Of a stretch of 64,000 nucleotides of DNA, positions 15,703 to 24,549 are shown piece after piece; position 1 is the stretch's first letter, and each line of letters begins with the position of its first letter. Both the position numbers and the translations under genes were made by a program. The notes under the pieces were generated by a model, which made no database searches, was not told the DNA's origin, and saw only the letters and a program-made list of their open reading frames with translations. Location: sequence record PV261924.1, one strand, 5' to 3'.

Positions 15703-15895
15703 CGAAAACTTTACATTGTGGGGAACCTGGATGTGTATCACAAAAATCGTCAAGAAGTTTATCTCTATGGCGTGAATGCCAATCGTTGACTACTCCTTCA
15801 CTTTCTTTTACCTCATCATCTGCATGAGGTTCATTTGCGTGAAAATCAACTTCGTACTCTGCGTACTTATCGTTGGGATCGTTTTCTTTTGTCAT
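15695..15895 (-). CDS. CP12-like protein (C-terminal Cys-pair domain)
   Basis: ends FCDTHPGSPQCKVFDD = C-x8-C-x-x-(F/Y)DD of CP12; acidic; lacks the AWD_VEE core. Confidence 0.55.
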   Translation of the reverse strand: MTKENDPNDKYAEYEVDFHANEPHADDEVKESEGVVNDWHSRHRDKLLDDFCDTHPGSPQCKVFDD

Positions 15896-16125
15896 GTTAG
15901 GAAACTCTCTACAACTTCAGATGGTGCATCACCAACCAATTCATATTTATTTGAATGACTGATGTTCTCCCTGAGTTTACCATAAAATTCAGGATATAAC
16001 TCATTATCTGCTGATGTAATCAAATCAAAACATTCCTCATCATCAGATGCTCTGACTACCCACAAACCACCATATTCTGATTGTGGAAAGGGTACATAAT
16101 GATCCACAGTGTAGAGGTACTTCAT
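15892..16125 (-). CDS. hypothetical protein, 77 aa
   Basis: ORF track; promoter at 16148-16176 and CAGGAG RBS. Confidence 0.8.
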   Translation of the reverse strand: MKYLYTVDHYVPFPQSEYGGLWVVRASDDEECFDLITSADNELYPEFYGKLRENISHSNKYELVGDAPSEVVESFLT

Positions 16126-16147
16126 TTACTCCTGTAATTTTTCGTAA

Positions 16148-16176
16148 ACTATAGTTGATTTATACAGAAATGTCAA
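16148..16176 (-). promoter_or_regulatory. sigma70-like early promoter
   Basis: TTGACA (16171-16176), 17 bp, TATAGT (16148-16153). Confidence 0.8.
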
Positions 16177-16324
16177 GACATTTCATTTGACGTTCAAATT
16201 CATATTTGAGTTTATACAATTTACTTTGAATGTAACTTTCATACTCCATCTCCTCGGTTAATGCAAGAAGATTTTCCACTTGAGCATGTGCAATCACAAG
16301 TTTTTGTTTCGGGTCGAGTTTCAT
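16160..16324 (-). CDS. hypothetical protein (likely start MKLDPKQK)
   Basis: ORF track 16160..16447. Confidence 0.65.
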   Translation of the reverse strand: MKLDPKQKLVIAHAQVENLLALTEEMEYESYIQSKLYKLKYEFERQMKCLDISV

Positions 16325-16466
16325 TATTTTGAAGTTTTTGAACAAGGTAATCTGCGAATGCCTCCATCCGATCAGGATGAATGGCGGTGATACTTGCCTC
16401 TTTGACAGCAATTTCCATTGAATCAATCTCTTTCTTTGAGAGATCATTTCCCTTAGGCATTGTCAT
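16239..16466 (-). CDS. hypothetical protein, 75 aa
   Basis: ORF track; 3' end overlaps the next gene. Confidence 0.65.
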   Translation of the reverse strand: MTMPKGNDLSKKEIDSMEIAVKEASITAIHPDRMEAFADYLVQKLQNNETRPETKTCDCTCSSGKSSCINRGDGV

Positions 16467-16477
16467 GGAATCAACAC

Positions 16478-16621
16478 TCAGTTGTTGAAATATTTACATA
16501 TTTCAGAGTATAGGTCTACCTTTTTGTAAGTCTTCTTTACATTGTGGTAGGGATGAAATCTTTTCTTCCATCCTTCCTCCTCTGAAGTCTCTAATTCCTT
16601 ACGAATCTCTTCGTAATTCAT
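16478..16621 (-). CDS. hypothetical protein, 47 aa (MNYEEIRKELETSEEEGW...)
   Basis: hand-translated; ATGA coupling. Confidence 0.55.
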   Translation of the reverse strand: MNYEEIRKELETSEEEGWKKRFHPYHNVKKTYKKVDLYSEICKYFNN

Positions 16622-16812
16622 TTGATCACCATCCAGTTAGGGTCATTTTGTTTTTGAAACCAGAAACTGTAATTTCCAGTAATAGAACTCAGGAACATAC
16701 TGTCCTCTTTCTCTTGTTCTACACGACAACTGTGTAGTTCATTCATTAGATTTGCAAATCGGTTCTTTGCTTTATTTGATTTTGGTTGTACACAAATGAA
16801 CTTGGTCTTCAT
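16618..16812 (-). CDS. cyanophage-type hypothetical protein, 64 aa
   Basis: ORF track; promoter at 16856-16884. Confidence 0.8.
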   Translation of the reverse strand: MKTKFICVQPKSNKAKNRFANLMNELHSCRVEQEKEDSMFLSSITGNYSFWFQKQNDPNWMVIK

Positions 16813-16855
16813 GGTCTTAATAACTTAAAGGATCCTCATCTTCCAGGACAAGCCT

Positions 16856-16884
16856 ATTCTAGTCCTGATTGTTGTACTTGTCAA
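16856..16884 (-). promoter_or_regulatory. sigma70-like early promoter
   Basis: TTGACA (16879-16884), 17 bp, TAGAAT (16856-16861). Confidence 0.75.
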
Positions 16885-17197
16885 GTAACAAGTTTTCTGA
16901 TAGATTAGCACATATCTCACATCGTGGAATACCCATCAAATGTTGGTACATGTGATAACACTCATGGAGTAATGTCTTAGTGTGTTCATCACCCCTTAGA
17001 TTTTCATCGATTTGAATGACAAACTCATTGTCTTGTTCTCTCATACACCAACCATCAACACCTTCATCAGATAGGTCCATATAGACCACTGTAAGGTCTA
17101 CACCATGGTCAGACAGATATTCTGTCATGAACCACTCTAGAAGGGGTTTACAAGACGGTACAGGTGTGAATGACGGTACGACTTCAATAGAATGCAT
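16859..17197 (-). CDS. HExxH metallopeptidase-like protein (IrrE/ImmA-like)
   Basis: TLLHECYHMYQH motif; start probably MHSIEVV. Confidence 0.65.
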   Translation of the reverse strand: MHSIEVVPSFTPVPSCKPLLEWFMTEYLSDHGVDLTVVYMDLSDEGVDGWCMREQDNEFVIQIDENLRGDEHTKTLLHECYHMYQHLMGIPRCEICANLSENLLLDKYNNQD

Positions 17198-17285
17198 GTG
17201 ACAGTCCTTGATAGACAACTCTTGTACCCCAATTCATCATCCACATAAAGGATGCGATGAAGATTAGTTTGTGTGTGGTGGTCAT
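17184..17285 (-). CDS. 33-aa membrane peptide (MTTTHKLIFIASFMWMMNWGTRVVYQGLSHAFY)
   Basis: hand-translated; AGGGAG RBS. Confidence 0.6.
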   Translation of the reverse strand: MTTTHKLIFIASFMWMMNWGTRVVYQGLSHAFY

Positions 17286-17306
17286 CTCCCTTAGGTAACT
17301 GAACAT

Positions 17307-17351
17307 ACTATAAGACCTCCAGAGGTCATCTGGAGGTCAGGTGTGACAGTT
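17307..17351 (-). promoter_or_regulatory. atypical promoter: AACTGTCACA box, perfect hairpin, then TATAGT
   Basis: TATAGT at 17307-17312; GACCTCCAGA/TCTGGAGGTC at 17314-17323/17329-17338; box at 17342-17351; no -35 at the normal spacing. Confidence 0.55.
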
Positions 17352-17375
17352 TGTCAGGTGGTTTGATATATGGCA

Positions 17376-18266
17376 TTACGCACTGGTCATATAAGTAATC
17401 TGTCCAAATATATCAGAGGTATTACTATCTCTATCAGCCACATTAAATTGAATATCTACACCACTATTTCTAACACCTACGACGGTGAGGTGATTAAGAG
17501 TAGAAGTTCTTAAGACTGCATACTCTACAGTACTTGGAAACGAAAAAGCCTCTAATATTACAGAACCTGCTTCATTTCCATTGCTTGGTGTGAAAGGTAA
17601 TCCACCAATTCGTAATAATCCAGTCCCTGCGGAATCTTCGTTTATATTTTTTATATCCACATATAAATGTACTGTATTACCAATTTTAGTATACTTAGCG
17701 TTAGTACTAGTTAAGGTATAAGTACCCGCTGTTGATGCTCCATAATAAGTAGGAGTCCAACTGCCCTCTTCATAATCATCTAGTGCATTATTTACAGATG
17801 TGTCACCGTTGAAAGTAATACCGCCAGTTGATAGGATGCGAAGTTTTTCACTTCCGTCGATTTGAAAATCAATTCTTGTGTCAGCACCAATGTTAGAATG
17901 GTCTGCTCTTATTGATAAATTATCAGCATTACCTCTAAGTTCGTGTCGTACACCAGTCGAATTCCTAACGAGTCTAATACGTGGAGGCTCTCCATAAACG
18001 TCTAGATGAACTGCTGGATTATCTGTCCCGATACCGACATTACCACTTGAATCTACACGAACTCTCTCACCACCATTTGTAAGAATTCTAAACTCATTAT
18101 CACTTGGATTACTAATCGTAGTTCCAGTGCCAATGGTCAAATTATTACCAGTGGTGGCTACATCAGCAGTAATCGTTGTGATACCGTTGATAACCGCACC
18201 ATTAGGAAATGTAGGAGCTCCAGTACCAGCACCATTGACAATGTTATTGGCTCTTATTCTAGACAT
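17376..18266 (-). CDS. tail fibre/adhesin-like protein (DDYEEGSWTP family)
   Basis: GNVGIGTDNP fibre repeats, DGSEKLRI, DDYEEGSWTP C-terminal domain. Confidence 0.7.
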   Translation of the reverse strand: MSRIRANNIVNGAGTGAPTFPNGAVINGITTITADVATTGNNLTIGTGTTISNPSDNEFRILTNGGERVRVDSSGNVGIGTDNPAVHLDVYGEPPRIRLVRNSTGVRHELRGNADNLSIRADHSNIGADTRIDFQIDGSEKLRILSTGGITFNGDTSVNNALDDYEEGSWTPTYYGASTAGTYTLTSTNAKYTKIGNTVHLYVDIKNINEDSAGTGLLRIGGLPFTPSNGNEAGSVILEAFSFPSTVEYAVLRTSTLNHLTVVGVRNSGVDIQFNVADRDSNTSDIFGQITYMTSA

Positions 18267-18285
18267 CTGAAGACTTTTTAGTTAT

Positions 18286-18468
18286 TTATTCTATAATAGG
18301 AAGAGGAGAGGGAGCATCATCTGGTAAAGGTGTGACAACCCCACCATCTTCAACCCATTCAAGATACTCCTGATATTCTGTGTTGTTAGGATCTGGAGGA
18401 ATAGAATATTGTGTACCCACAATACCCACTGTACCATATCCGTCTTGTAAGTAATACTGTTTAGTCAT
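18286..18468 (-). CDS. small fibre-partner protein (YQEYLEWVEDG..PLP), probable assembly chaperone
   Basis: ORF track 18286..18513, start MTKQ; paralogous to 19741 and 33644. Confidence 0.65.
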   Translation of the reverse strand: MTKQYYLQDGYGTVGIVGTQYSIPPDPNNTEYQEYLEWVEDGGVVTPLPDDAPSPLPIIE

Positions 18469-19721
18469 AAGTCTGCCTGAAGAACTACTGCTGCGCCATT
18501 GCCCCAAGTACAATTATTATTTACACTTTGACCACTGTTACTAATTCCTGATATATTAAAAACAACAGTATGATTTATAGATTCTTGCTGAATTGCAACA
18601 GTGGTGGCAGAATACCATGCAACTGTTTCAACCAAACAATTCCCTGCAGTATATGAGAAAATTGTTGGAGTTGCTCTCATGTGAACATCTAAGGGTCTTA
18701 CTACAACCGCAGATGTTCCACCACTCCACTGACCATATGCAATTCTACCACCATTCCAACCCTGACAATATCTATAACATATCTGTAAATCTTCACCATA
18801 AGAACGGTGTTCGAATGGCGTGGCTCTAGTACCTACTTCTAATTGAAGTCCAGTTACATACCACTCATTATCAAGACTGTCAGCAAGATTCATACTTGTT
18901 GTTCTATCACTAGTCAAAGTAGTAGTCCAAACTTCGGCTGGAGTTCCTGCATAATTACTACCTGCTGCTAAATAAAATCTAATAGCTAATCCCTGCCCAT
19001 TATCATTATTAATTGTACCACCAGCAGTGTCTCCAGGAATAGTAATTGTTTTATACTCCCAAGTATCTGCAGAATTTATAGTATATGTTGTTGCATATTG
19101 TTTTTCGGCATCATCTCGATAAAACCACAATCCAAAATCACCAGTTTTATTAGATCTAACCCAGAAAGAGATAGTTAGTGATTTTGCTGTAGAACTACCA
19201 TATTCAAGATGTTGTAAATTTTGTGCTTCAATTACCTGTTGAAGCCAAATTTCTTCAGTTCCTGTTGGTGTTGTTACTGATGTACAATCAAATTTAATAC
19301 TATTTGAAAATCCTTCAGGTGCGGTAGATGATTGTGTTACAGTAAACCCAGCAGGACCTTGAGTAAACTTAAACCTGTCAACACAATACCCATTACTAGT
19401 AAAAGATGTGCCCCTCTGACTGACTTGCATGGCACCATTTTGAATCAAATTACGATTACTTAATGGACCAGCAGTAGGATATTGTAAGTCATTAATGTAT
19501 TCAGTGGTAATATTGGTACTACCAATCGTAACTGAACCCTGACCAACTGTCAGAACTCCAGTGATTCTAGCATCTCCATTTACTGTCAGAGCAGTCTGAC
19601 CAACTCCAGTCACAGTCGTAATACCGAGACTGGAGATACCAACAACATTCACACCCTCAGAGAATGTGGGTGATCCAGTTCCTGCCCTATCAGTATATCT
19701 GTCAGCTCTTACTCTAGACAT
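18465..19721 (-). CDS. tail fibre-like protein with carbohydrate-binding-like domain (PLSNRN...TPFEHRSY family)
   Basis: one of four paralogues sharing these motifs. Confidence 0.7.
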   Translation of the reverse strand: MSRVRADRYTDRAGTGSPTFSEGVNVVGISSLGITTVTGVGQTALTVNGDARITGVLTVGQGSVTIGSTNITTEYINDLQYPTAGPLSNRNLIQNGAMQVSQRGTSFTSNGYCVDRFKFTQGPAGFTVTQSSTAPEGFSNSIKFDCTSVTTPTGTEEIWLQQVIEAQNLQHLEYGSSTAKSLTISFWVRSNKTGDFGLWFYRDDAEKQYATTYTINSADTWEYKTITIPGDTAGGTINNDNGQGLAIRFYLAAGSNYAGTPAEVWTTTLTSDRTTSMNLADSLDNEWYVTGLQLEVGTRATPFEHRSYGEDLQICYRYCQGWNGGRIAYGQWSGGTSAVVVRPLDVHMRATPTIFSYTAGNCLVETVAWYSATTVAIQQESINHTVVFNISGISNSGQSVNNNCTWGNGAAVVLQADL

Positions 19722-19740
19722 TGTGAAACTTTTTAGTTAT

Positions 19741-19905
19741 TTATTCAGAGTCAGCAGGTAATGGTGTGTTACCTTCAGCAACCCATTCTAGATATCTCTG
19801 GTATTCGGAGTTGTTCTCGTCATTCGGAACGTAAAATTTAAAATTATTTCTTTGATAAACAACTCCAATTTGCTCCCCTTGATTGTTATTGTGAATTTTA
19901 TACAT
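19741..19905 (-). CDS. small fibre-partner protein (YQRYLEWVAEGNTPLPADSE)
   Basis: ORF track 19741..19929, start MYKI. Confidence 0.65.
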   Translation of the reverse strand: MYKIHNNNQGEQIGVVYQRNNFKFYVPNDENNSEYQRYLEWVAEGNTPLPADSE

Positions 19906-19947
19906 TAATTGAACTCCTTTAATTGTCAATGTAAATTTTGTACATGA

Positions 19948-21159
19948 TCATAATTCTGCACTAAAATCCATTCTTAAGTCATCATTGTATACTTCGAGCC
20001 ATCCTGCATCTCCTGCAGTATATGTAACAACACTACCTCCAGTACCACTTGTATTGTTATAAAAATCCGACAAGTAAACTATAGAGCAATTTGTTCCGCA
20101 TCTTTGTGTACCAAAAGTAGAACCAGTTTGGTTCCAACTAGCCACTCCAGCAGAAAATACACGGATAAATCCAGGTGTTGATGCAGATATATTATTACTA
20201 AAGACGGGTGTTGATCTCATCGTTACTGGATGATGAACGGCTATATATATCTGGTTACTTTGCCAAATTGATCCAGTTCCGATTCCGTCAGTAGTAGCGT
20301 CAGTACCCAAATGGGTATAAAAATACCTCTGACAGCTGGCCAGTTCATCACCATAAGAACGATGTTCGAAAGGCGTGGCTCTTTCGCCGACTTCTAATTG
20401 AACACCAGTAATTGACCACTCGTTGTCAGTGCTATCTGCTAAATTTGTTTGTCCAGCAAAACGATTTGCGGTAGTTGTTTGCCATGTATTTGATTGAAAT
20501 GTTCCACTTGAAAGGGTTGGTCCAGCAGCAAGACACCATTGGACATATAGACCTACACCATTGTCGTTATTAATAGCGTTTGAAGTGTCTCCAACATAAG
20601 TTAAAGTTTTATATTCCCAGGTGTTTGCTGAATTAATTGTATATTTAATGCCATTAAAAGTAGCAGCATCTCCATGATCTAGTTCAACCACATAATCACC
20701 AGTTTTATTTGATTTAACCCAGAATGAGAGTGTAATTTGTTTTGCGGTAGAACTACCATAGTCAAGATGTACTAAATTTTGAGCTTCAACATACTGACTA
20801 AAAAACAAATTATTTGTTCCTGTCAGAGTAGCTTTTGCAGTAGTGCAATCAACTTTAATACTATTTGAAAATCCAGAAGGCAAATTTGATGTAGTATTTG
20901 CTGTTGTCCAAGTACCACACGATGATATATCTAGTCTAAATCTATCAGCTGCCCAAGACGGACCAGAAGTTACTCCAGAATCTCCTGTGCCTCTCTGCGC
21001 CACCTGCATCGCACCGTTGATAATCAGGTTGCGATTACTTAATGGACCAGCAGTAGGATATTGAAGACCACCAACAGTCACTGAACCATCAGTTGCAATA
21101 CCAATACCACCTGCTGCGGTGGAAGGGTTTTCTATATTGTAAACTCTTAAGGTACTCAT
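19948..21159 (-). CDS. tail fibre-like protein (PLSNRN...TPFEHRSY family)
   Basis: paralogue motifs. Confidence 0.7.
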   Translation of the reverse strand: MSTLRVYNIENPSTAAGGIGIATDGSVTVGGLQYPTAGPLSNRNLIINGAMQVAQRGTGDSGVTSGPSWAADRFRLDISSCGTWTTANTTSNLPSGFSNSIKVDCTTAKATLTGTNNLFFSQYVEAQNLVHLDYGSSTAKQITLSFWVKSNKTGDYVVELDHGDAATFNGIKYTINSANTWEYKTLTYVGDTSNAINNDNGVGLYVQWCLAAGPTLSSGTFQSNTWQTTTANRFAGQTNLADSTDNEWSITGVQLEVGERATPFEHRSYGDELASCQRYFYTHLGTDATTDGIGTGSIWQSNQIYIAVHHPVTMRSTPVFSNNISASTPGFIRVFSAGVASWNQTGSTFGTQRCGTNCSIVYLSDFYNNTSGTGGSVVTYTAGDAGWLEVYNDDLRMDFSAEL

Positions 21160-21161
21160 GG

Positions 21162-21482
21162 TTAGTTTCCTGGTTTAGTAGGCCAAACAGGGTTGGCTGG
21201 ATCAGTAGTGTTTGCAGGAAGATCCCGCAAAGCTTGGCGGTAAGCAGCCATCTCAGCGCTCAGGGTACTGTCAGACAGTGCCAGGTAGTCGGTTTCCGCG
21301 ATAAGGCGGTTACGTTCTTGGCGTAGTTCTTTCCATTGATATTCAATCTCAAGTTCAGCAGCTTTGGCAGCAATAGCAGCCTCGTCAACTGCAATTTTAT
21401 TCCCATCAGAATCAAATGCACCGTAAGTGCTACTAACTCTCACAGCGTTTGGATAAAGAAGATGCGTAGCTTTAATTTTCAT
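21162..21482 (-). CDS. phage tail assembly chaperone-like protein
   Basis: LRQERNRLIAETDY...YRQALRDLP...WPTKP signature. Confidence 0.75.
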   Translation of the reverse strand: MKIKATHLLYPNAVRVSSTYGAFDSDGNKIAVDEAAIAAKAAELEIEYQWKELRQERNRLIAETDYLALSDSTLSAEMAAYRQALRDLPANTTDPANPVWPTKPGN

Positions 21483-22066
21483 CCTGCTACCTCCATTAAT
21501 GTAAAATGAGACATGGGACGACCTATCTTGGCAGCATCGGTATCATTTTCAAACATGTTCACAAAAACTGTTTGAGAAGCGGAACTCATGTGTCTAATCT
21601 TTACTCCGTATGTAAACGTACCCGCACTACCTGGAGTGTCTAGAAACATAATATTGAGGGGTTGACTTGAATCTTGTCGGTCAGGGTCAGAATAACCAAC
21701 AGACGAATACCTAAATCTATTTCCAGCCGCGTCAGCAATACCAATGTCTGTACCATCTCTATTCAATACAAATCCGTAAGACGGAGTGGTTGCCATCATA
21801 TGCATCGTACACATGATTAAAACTTTACTATTTGCTGATACTGTAATGGACTGTTCAATAATATTACTACTGAGTGCCAGAGAGGCAAGATTGTAACTCT
21901 CAGCATCTGTCTTTAGACTTTGAACAACCTGCAAAATGTTCCCAGCACGCTCAAGACGATCAAGAGTTCCACTTGCAGTGGGCATCGTCATTGTAGTGAT
22001 ACCAGCAACAGCTGGTGCACTCAACTCTGTATATCCAGATGTGGCACCATTTAACCTAACTGGCAT
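21479..22066 (-). CDS. short tail fibre-like protein (GNILQVVQ family)
   Basis: N-terminal LNGATSGYTELSAPAVAG..T.T.P module; C-terminal HFTLMEVAG. Confidence 0.65.
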   Translation of the reverse strand: MPVRLNGATSGYTELSAPAVAGITTMTMPTASGTLDRLERAGNILQVVQSLKTDAESYNLASLALSSNIIEQSITVSANSKVLIMCTMHMMATTPSYGFVLNRDGTDIGIADAAGNRFRYSSVGYSDPDRQDSSQPLNIMFLDTPGSAGTFTYGVKIRHMSSASQTVFVNMFENDTDAAKIGRPMSHFTLMEVAG

Positions 22067-22098
22067 TTTAATGAACCTCCATTCTTATTATATATTTA

Positions 22099-22242
22099 TT
22101 AGACCCTGTAACACGCACTGATGAAAACATCTGTAGCACCACTTGTGATGTCTGTAACATCAGTGGAAGAGTCACCAACATTCAGGTCGGTAGGTTGCCC
22201 TATAGCAGTTGAAAAACCTGATAATGTACTTGCTCTAGACAT
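22099..22242 (-). pseudogene. 47-codon chimeric remnant (MSRASTLSGFSTAIGQPTDLNVG + DSSTDVTDITSGATDVFISACYRV)
   Basis: 22173-22242 is identical (70 bp) to 32036-32105; 22233-22265 is identical (33 bp) to 19712-19744. Confidence 0.75.
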
Positions 22243-22281
22243 TGTGAAACTTTTTAGTTATTTATCAGTTGGTCGAATGGT

Positions 22282-22935
22282 TTATGTCTTATAAGTAAGT
22301 TCAAAAAATACATAAGATGAAGCACCAACAGCACTAACATTGGTATTACCATAGTTGGCGCCTGCATTTGCTTTTTGATATACTTGCAATGTAGTACTGT
22401 TACTACCTATATGTGGAGCTACTGGCCACGCATCACCCTGCAATCCAGTCCCATACCAATAAATGAGAGTTCCTACAGTTCTATATCCAGTAGTGTTATT
22501 TGATACATATGGTAATCCTTCAATTGTCCATGCCTGACCAGTAGTTCCTGATGTAGTAGATCCATCCATGGCAAACCAAAGATGAACGGTATCACCAACT
22601 TTTGTATATCTAAATGCTTGATTACCACCAGAGTAACTAATCACATTAGTACCACTTTTGATTACAGGAGTCCAACTACCTTCTTCATAATCATCTAGAA
22701 GTTCAGATGTAGATGACCCTGAACCATCAGATGTGGCAGAGAAGTCAATACCTTGACCATCTAGAAATGCTAAATTACCACTACTATTAAACGTTGCAGC
22801 TACACTACCACCAGTTACAAATTCAATTTCATTTGTGCCAGGTCTGATACCAGTATCTGAATCACCACCTTGAAAACCAGGTGCTGCTGTAGTATTTGTT
22901 CCGCTAATTCTTACAGTCATTATACTACACTCCAA
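22282..22935 (-). CDS. tail fibre-like protein (DDYEEGSWTP family)
   Basis: ORF track; motif present. Confidence 0.7.
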   Translation of the reverse strand: MECSIMTVRISGTNTTAAPGFQGGDSDTGIRPGTNEIEFVTGGSVAATFNSSGNLAFLDGQGIDFSATSDGSGSSTSELLDDYEEGSWTPVIKSGTNVISYSGGNQAFRYTKVGDTVHLWFAMDGSTTSGTTGQAWTIEGLPYVSNNTTGYRTVGTLIYWYGTGLQGDAWPVAPHIGSNSTTLQVYQKANAGANYGNTNVSAVGASSYVFFELTYKT

Positions 22936-23225
22936 ACTGAACCTGAATTGACTGTGACAGTGGCACCAGATGCAACATTAATAGGACCAGCTGTCATGGC
23001 ATTACGCCCTGTGGTGATACTGTAACTGGTAGTCACTGTCAAATCATTCTCATAAAAAATTCTATCAGTACCAGCACCAACTGCACCGACTAAATCACGA
23101 CCATCATACTTAAATGCTGTAGCAGTTACAACACCAGAGACATTGATACCTCCCCCAATCCCAAGAGTGATATTAGGGGAGGAAGCATCTAAATGCTCTA
23201 GGTTATTAGTCTTTAGAATACTCAT
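22920..23225 (-). CDS. small virion/tail protein (FYEND...SAGP.T motif)
   Basis: ORF track; C-terminus similar to that of 27185..27814. Confidence 0.65.
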   Translation of the reverse strand: MSILKTNNLEHLDASSPNITLGIGGGINVSGVVTATAFKYDGRDLVGAVGAGTDRIFYENDLTVTTSYSITTGRNAMTAGPINVASGATVTVNSGSVWSVV

Positions 23226-23248
23226 CTCAATATCTTTTTAGGTATTTA

Positions 23249-23536
23249 TCAGAGTGCGTCTCTGGTAGCAATCAGGTGTGCCTTATATGCATCCTTGACT
23301 GCTTGTGTCCATGCAGCGTTACAAATTGCTTGAACGTCTGCACCTTCACCACTGATGTCTGTATCTACCCAGTTGTCGTCTGCATCAACTGTACCAGACA
23401 TCAGACAATGACGATGGAAAGTACGTGCAATCTCTGTACCATCTCTCTCAACGATATCAGCTCTACGTACTTGAACTGCTTTAAATCTACCGACAACTTC
23501 AATCTTGTCGTTTTCGCTTCTTTCAGAAAGTGCCAT
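23249..23536 (-). CDS. fibre-associated small protein (DKIEVVG...VQVR...FHRH)
   Basis: ORF track; lies next to a DDYEEG-family gene. Confidence 0.7.
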   Translation of the reverse strand: MALSERSENDKIEVVGRFKAVQVRRADIVERDGTEIARTFHRHCLMSGTVDADDNWVDTDISGEGADVQAICNAAWTQAVKDAYKAHLIATRDAL

Positions 23537-23580
23537 TAGGATAATCCTCCGAATTAAACAGGGTTAGGCGTAAGTATTTA

Positions 23581-24525
23581 TTATGCTTCTGTATAATAAT
23601 TAAGTGTAAAAATGATAGAGCCACTACCTGTCATCTCTATTCCTTGTAATGGATCCCAACCCACATTGTCCCCACACTGATAAAATGTCATGTCATTACC
23701 GCCAACATAAGTTACAAGATACGTCTTACTTGCTCCATTATCAAGATTTACATTATTAATCATCGCGGTACCCACAGCTTCAGGAGTGTCACCAACTCCT
23801 TGAGATGCTGCAAATGGAAGTCTAATAGTTATATTTGCCGCAGCCGGGGTGTCTAATCCAGAAATTCTTCCCCATACAGTAACTTTTCTTCCGAGTTTTA
23901 CATATCTAGTGCTACCACTATTAACGCCATTACCACCCGTAGCGAGTGTAGCAGTCCAAGTACCTTGCTCATAATCATCTAAAAGGTGTGCAGATGCTGT
24001 ATCAGAACTACCAGCACCAGTATTCTGAAAATCAATACCTTGATGGTTAATAGTCAGATACTGTGTTGCATCTGTAGAGTCTTGTACTCTGATTGTACCA
24101 CCAACCGCAACATTAACACCTGCAGAAACTGTGGTGGTATTGACACCTACACCACCAGTTGAAGTTATACGAAGTCTTTCTGCGTCTGCAGTTTCATCAT
24201 AAACATTTAAAATTGTACCACTATTTCCTATAGTAAAGGAACGAGCATTAGCACCAGTTTTATCCAATCCTAATCTGGATATCGTTCCATCACTTACTTT
24301 AAGGTTTGTTCCATTAGCAGGAAAAGTTATCGTATTGATACCAACATTACCACTACTATCCTCAACCATTGAGGAATGAGTTACAATACCAGCTGTGGTA
24401 CTGTTCTTATAGAACTGATTAGCACTACCATTCCCATCAGGTAGTGTGATAGTATTATCACCAGCTACAGCTGGAGCGTTGATATCAACGGCTCCAGAAG
24501 TTTGTCCTCGTAAACTCAGTCCCAT
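23581..24525 (-). CDS. tail fibre-like protein (DDYEQGTW family)
   Basis: ORF track; motifs present. Confidence 0.7.
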   Translation of the reverse strand: MGLSLRGQTSGAVDINAPAVAGDNTITLPDGNGSANQFYKNSTTAGIVTHSSMVEDSSGNVGINTITFPANGTNLKVSDGTISRLGLDKTGANARSFTIGNSGTILNVYDETADAERLRITSTGGVGVNTTTVSAGVNVAVGGTIRVQDSTDATQYLTINHQGIDFQNTGAGSSDTASAHLLDDYEQGTWTATLATGGNGVNSGSTRYVKLGRKVTVWGRISGLDTPAAANITIRLPFAASQGVGDTPEAVGTAMINNVNLDNGASKTYLVTYVGGNDMTFYQCGDNVGWDPLQGIEMTGSGSIIFTLNYYTEA

Positions 24526-24549
24526 GGGATTATACTTTTTAGTTATTTA

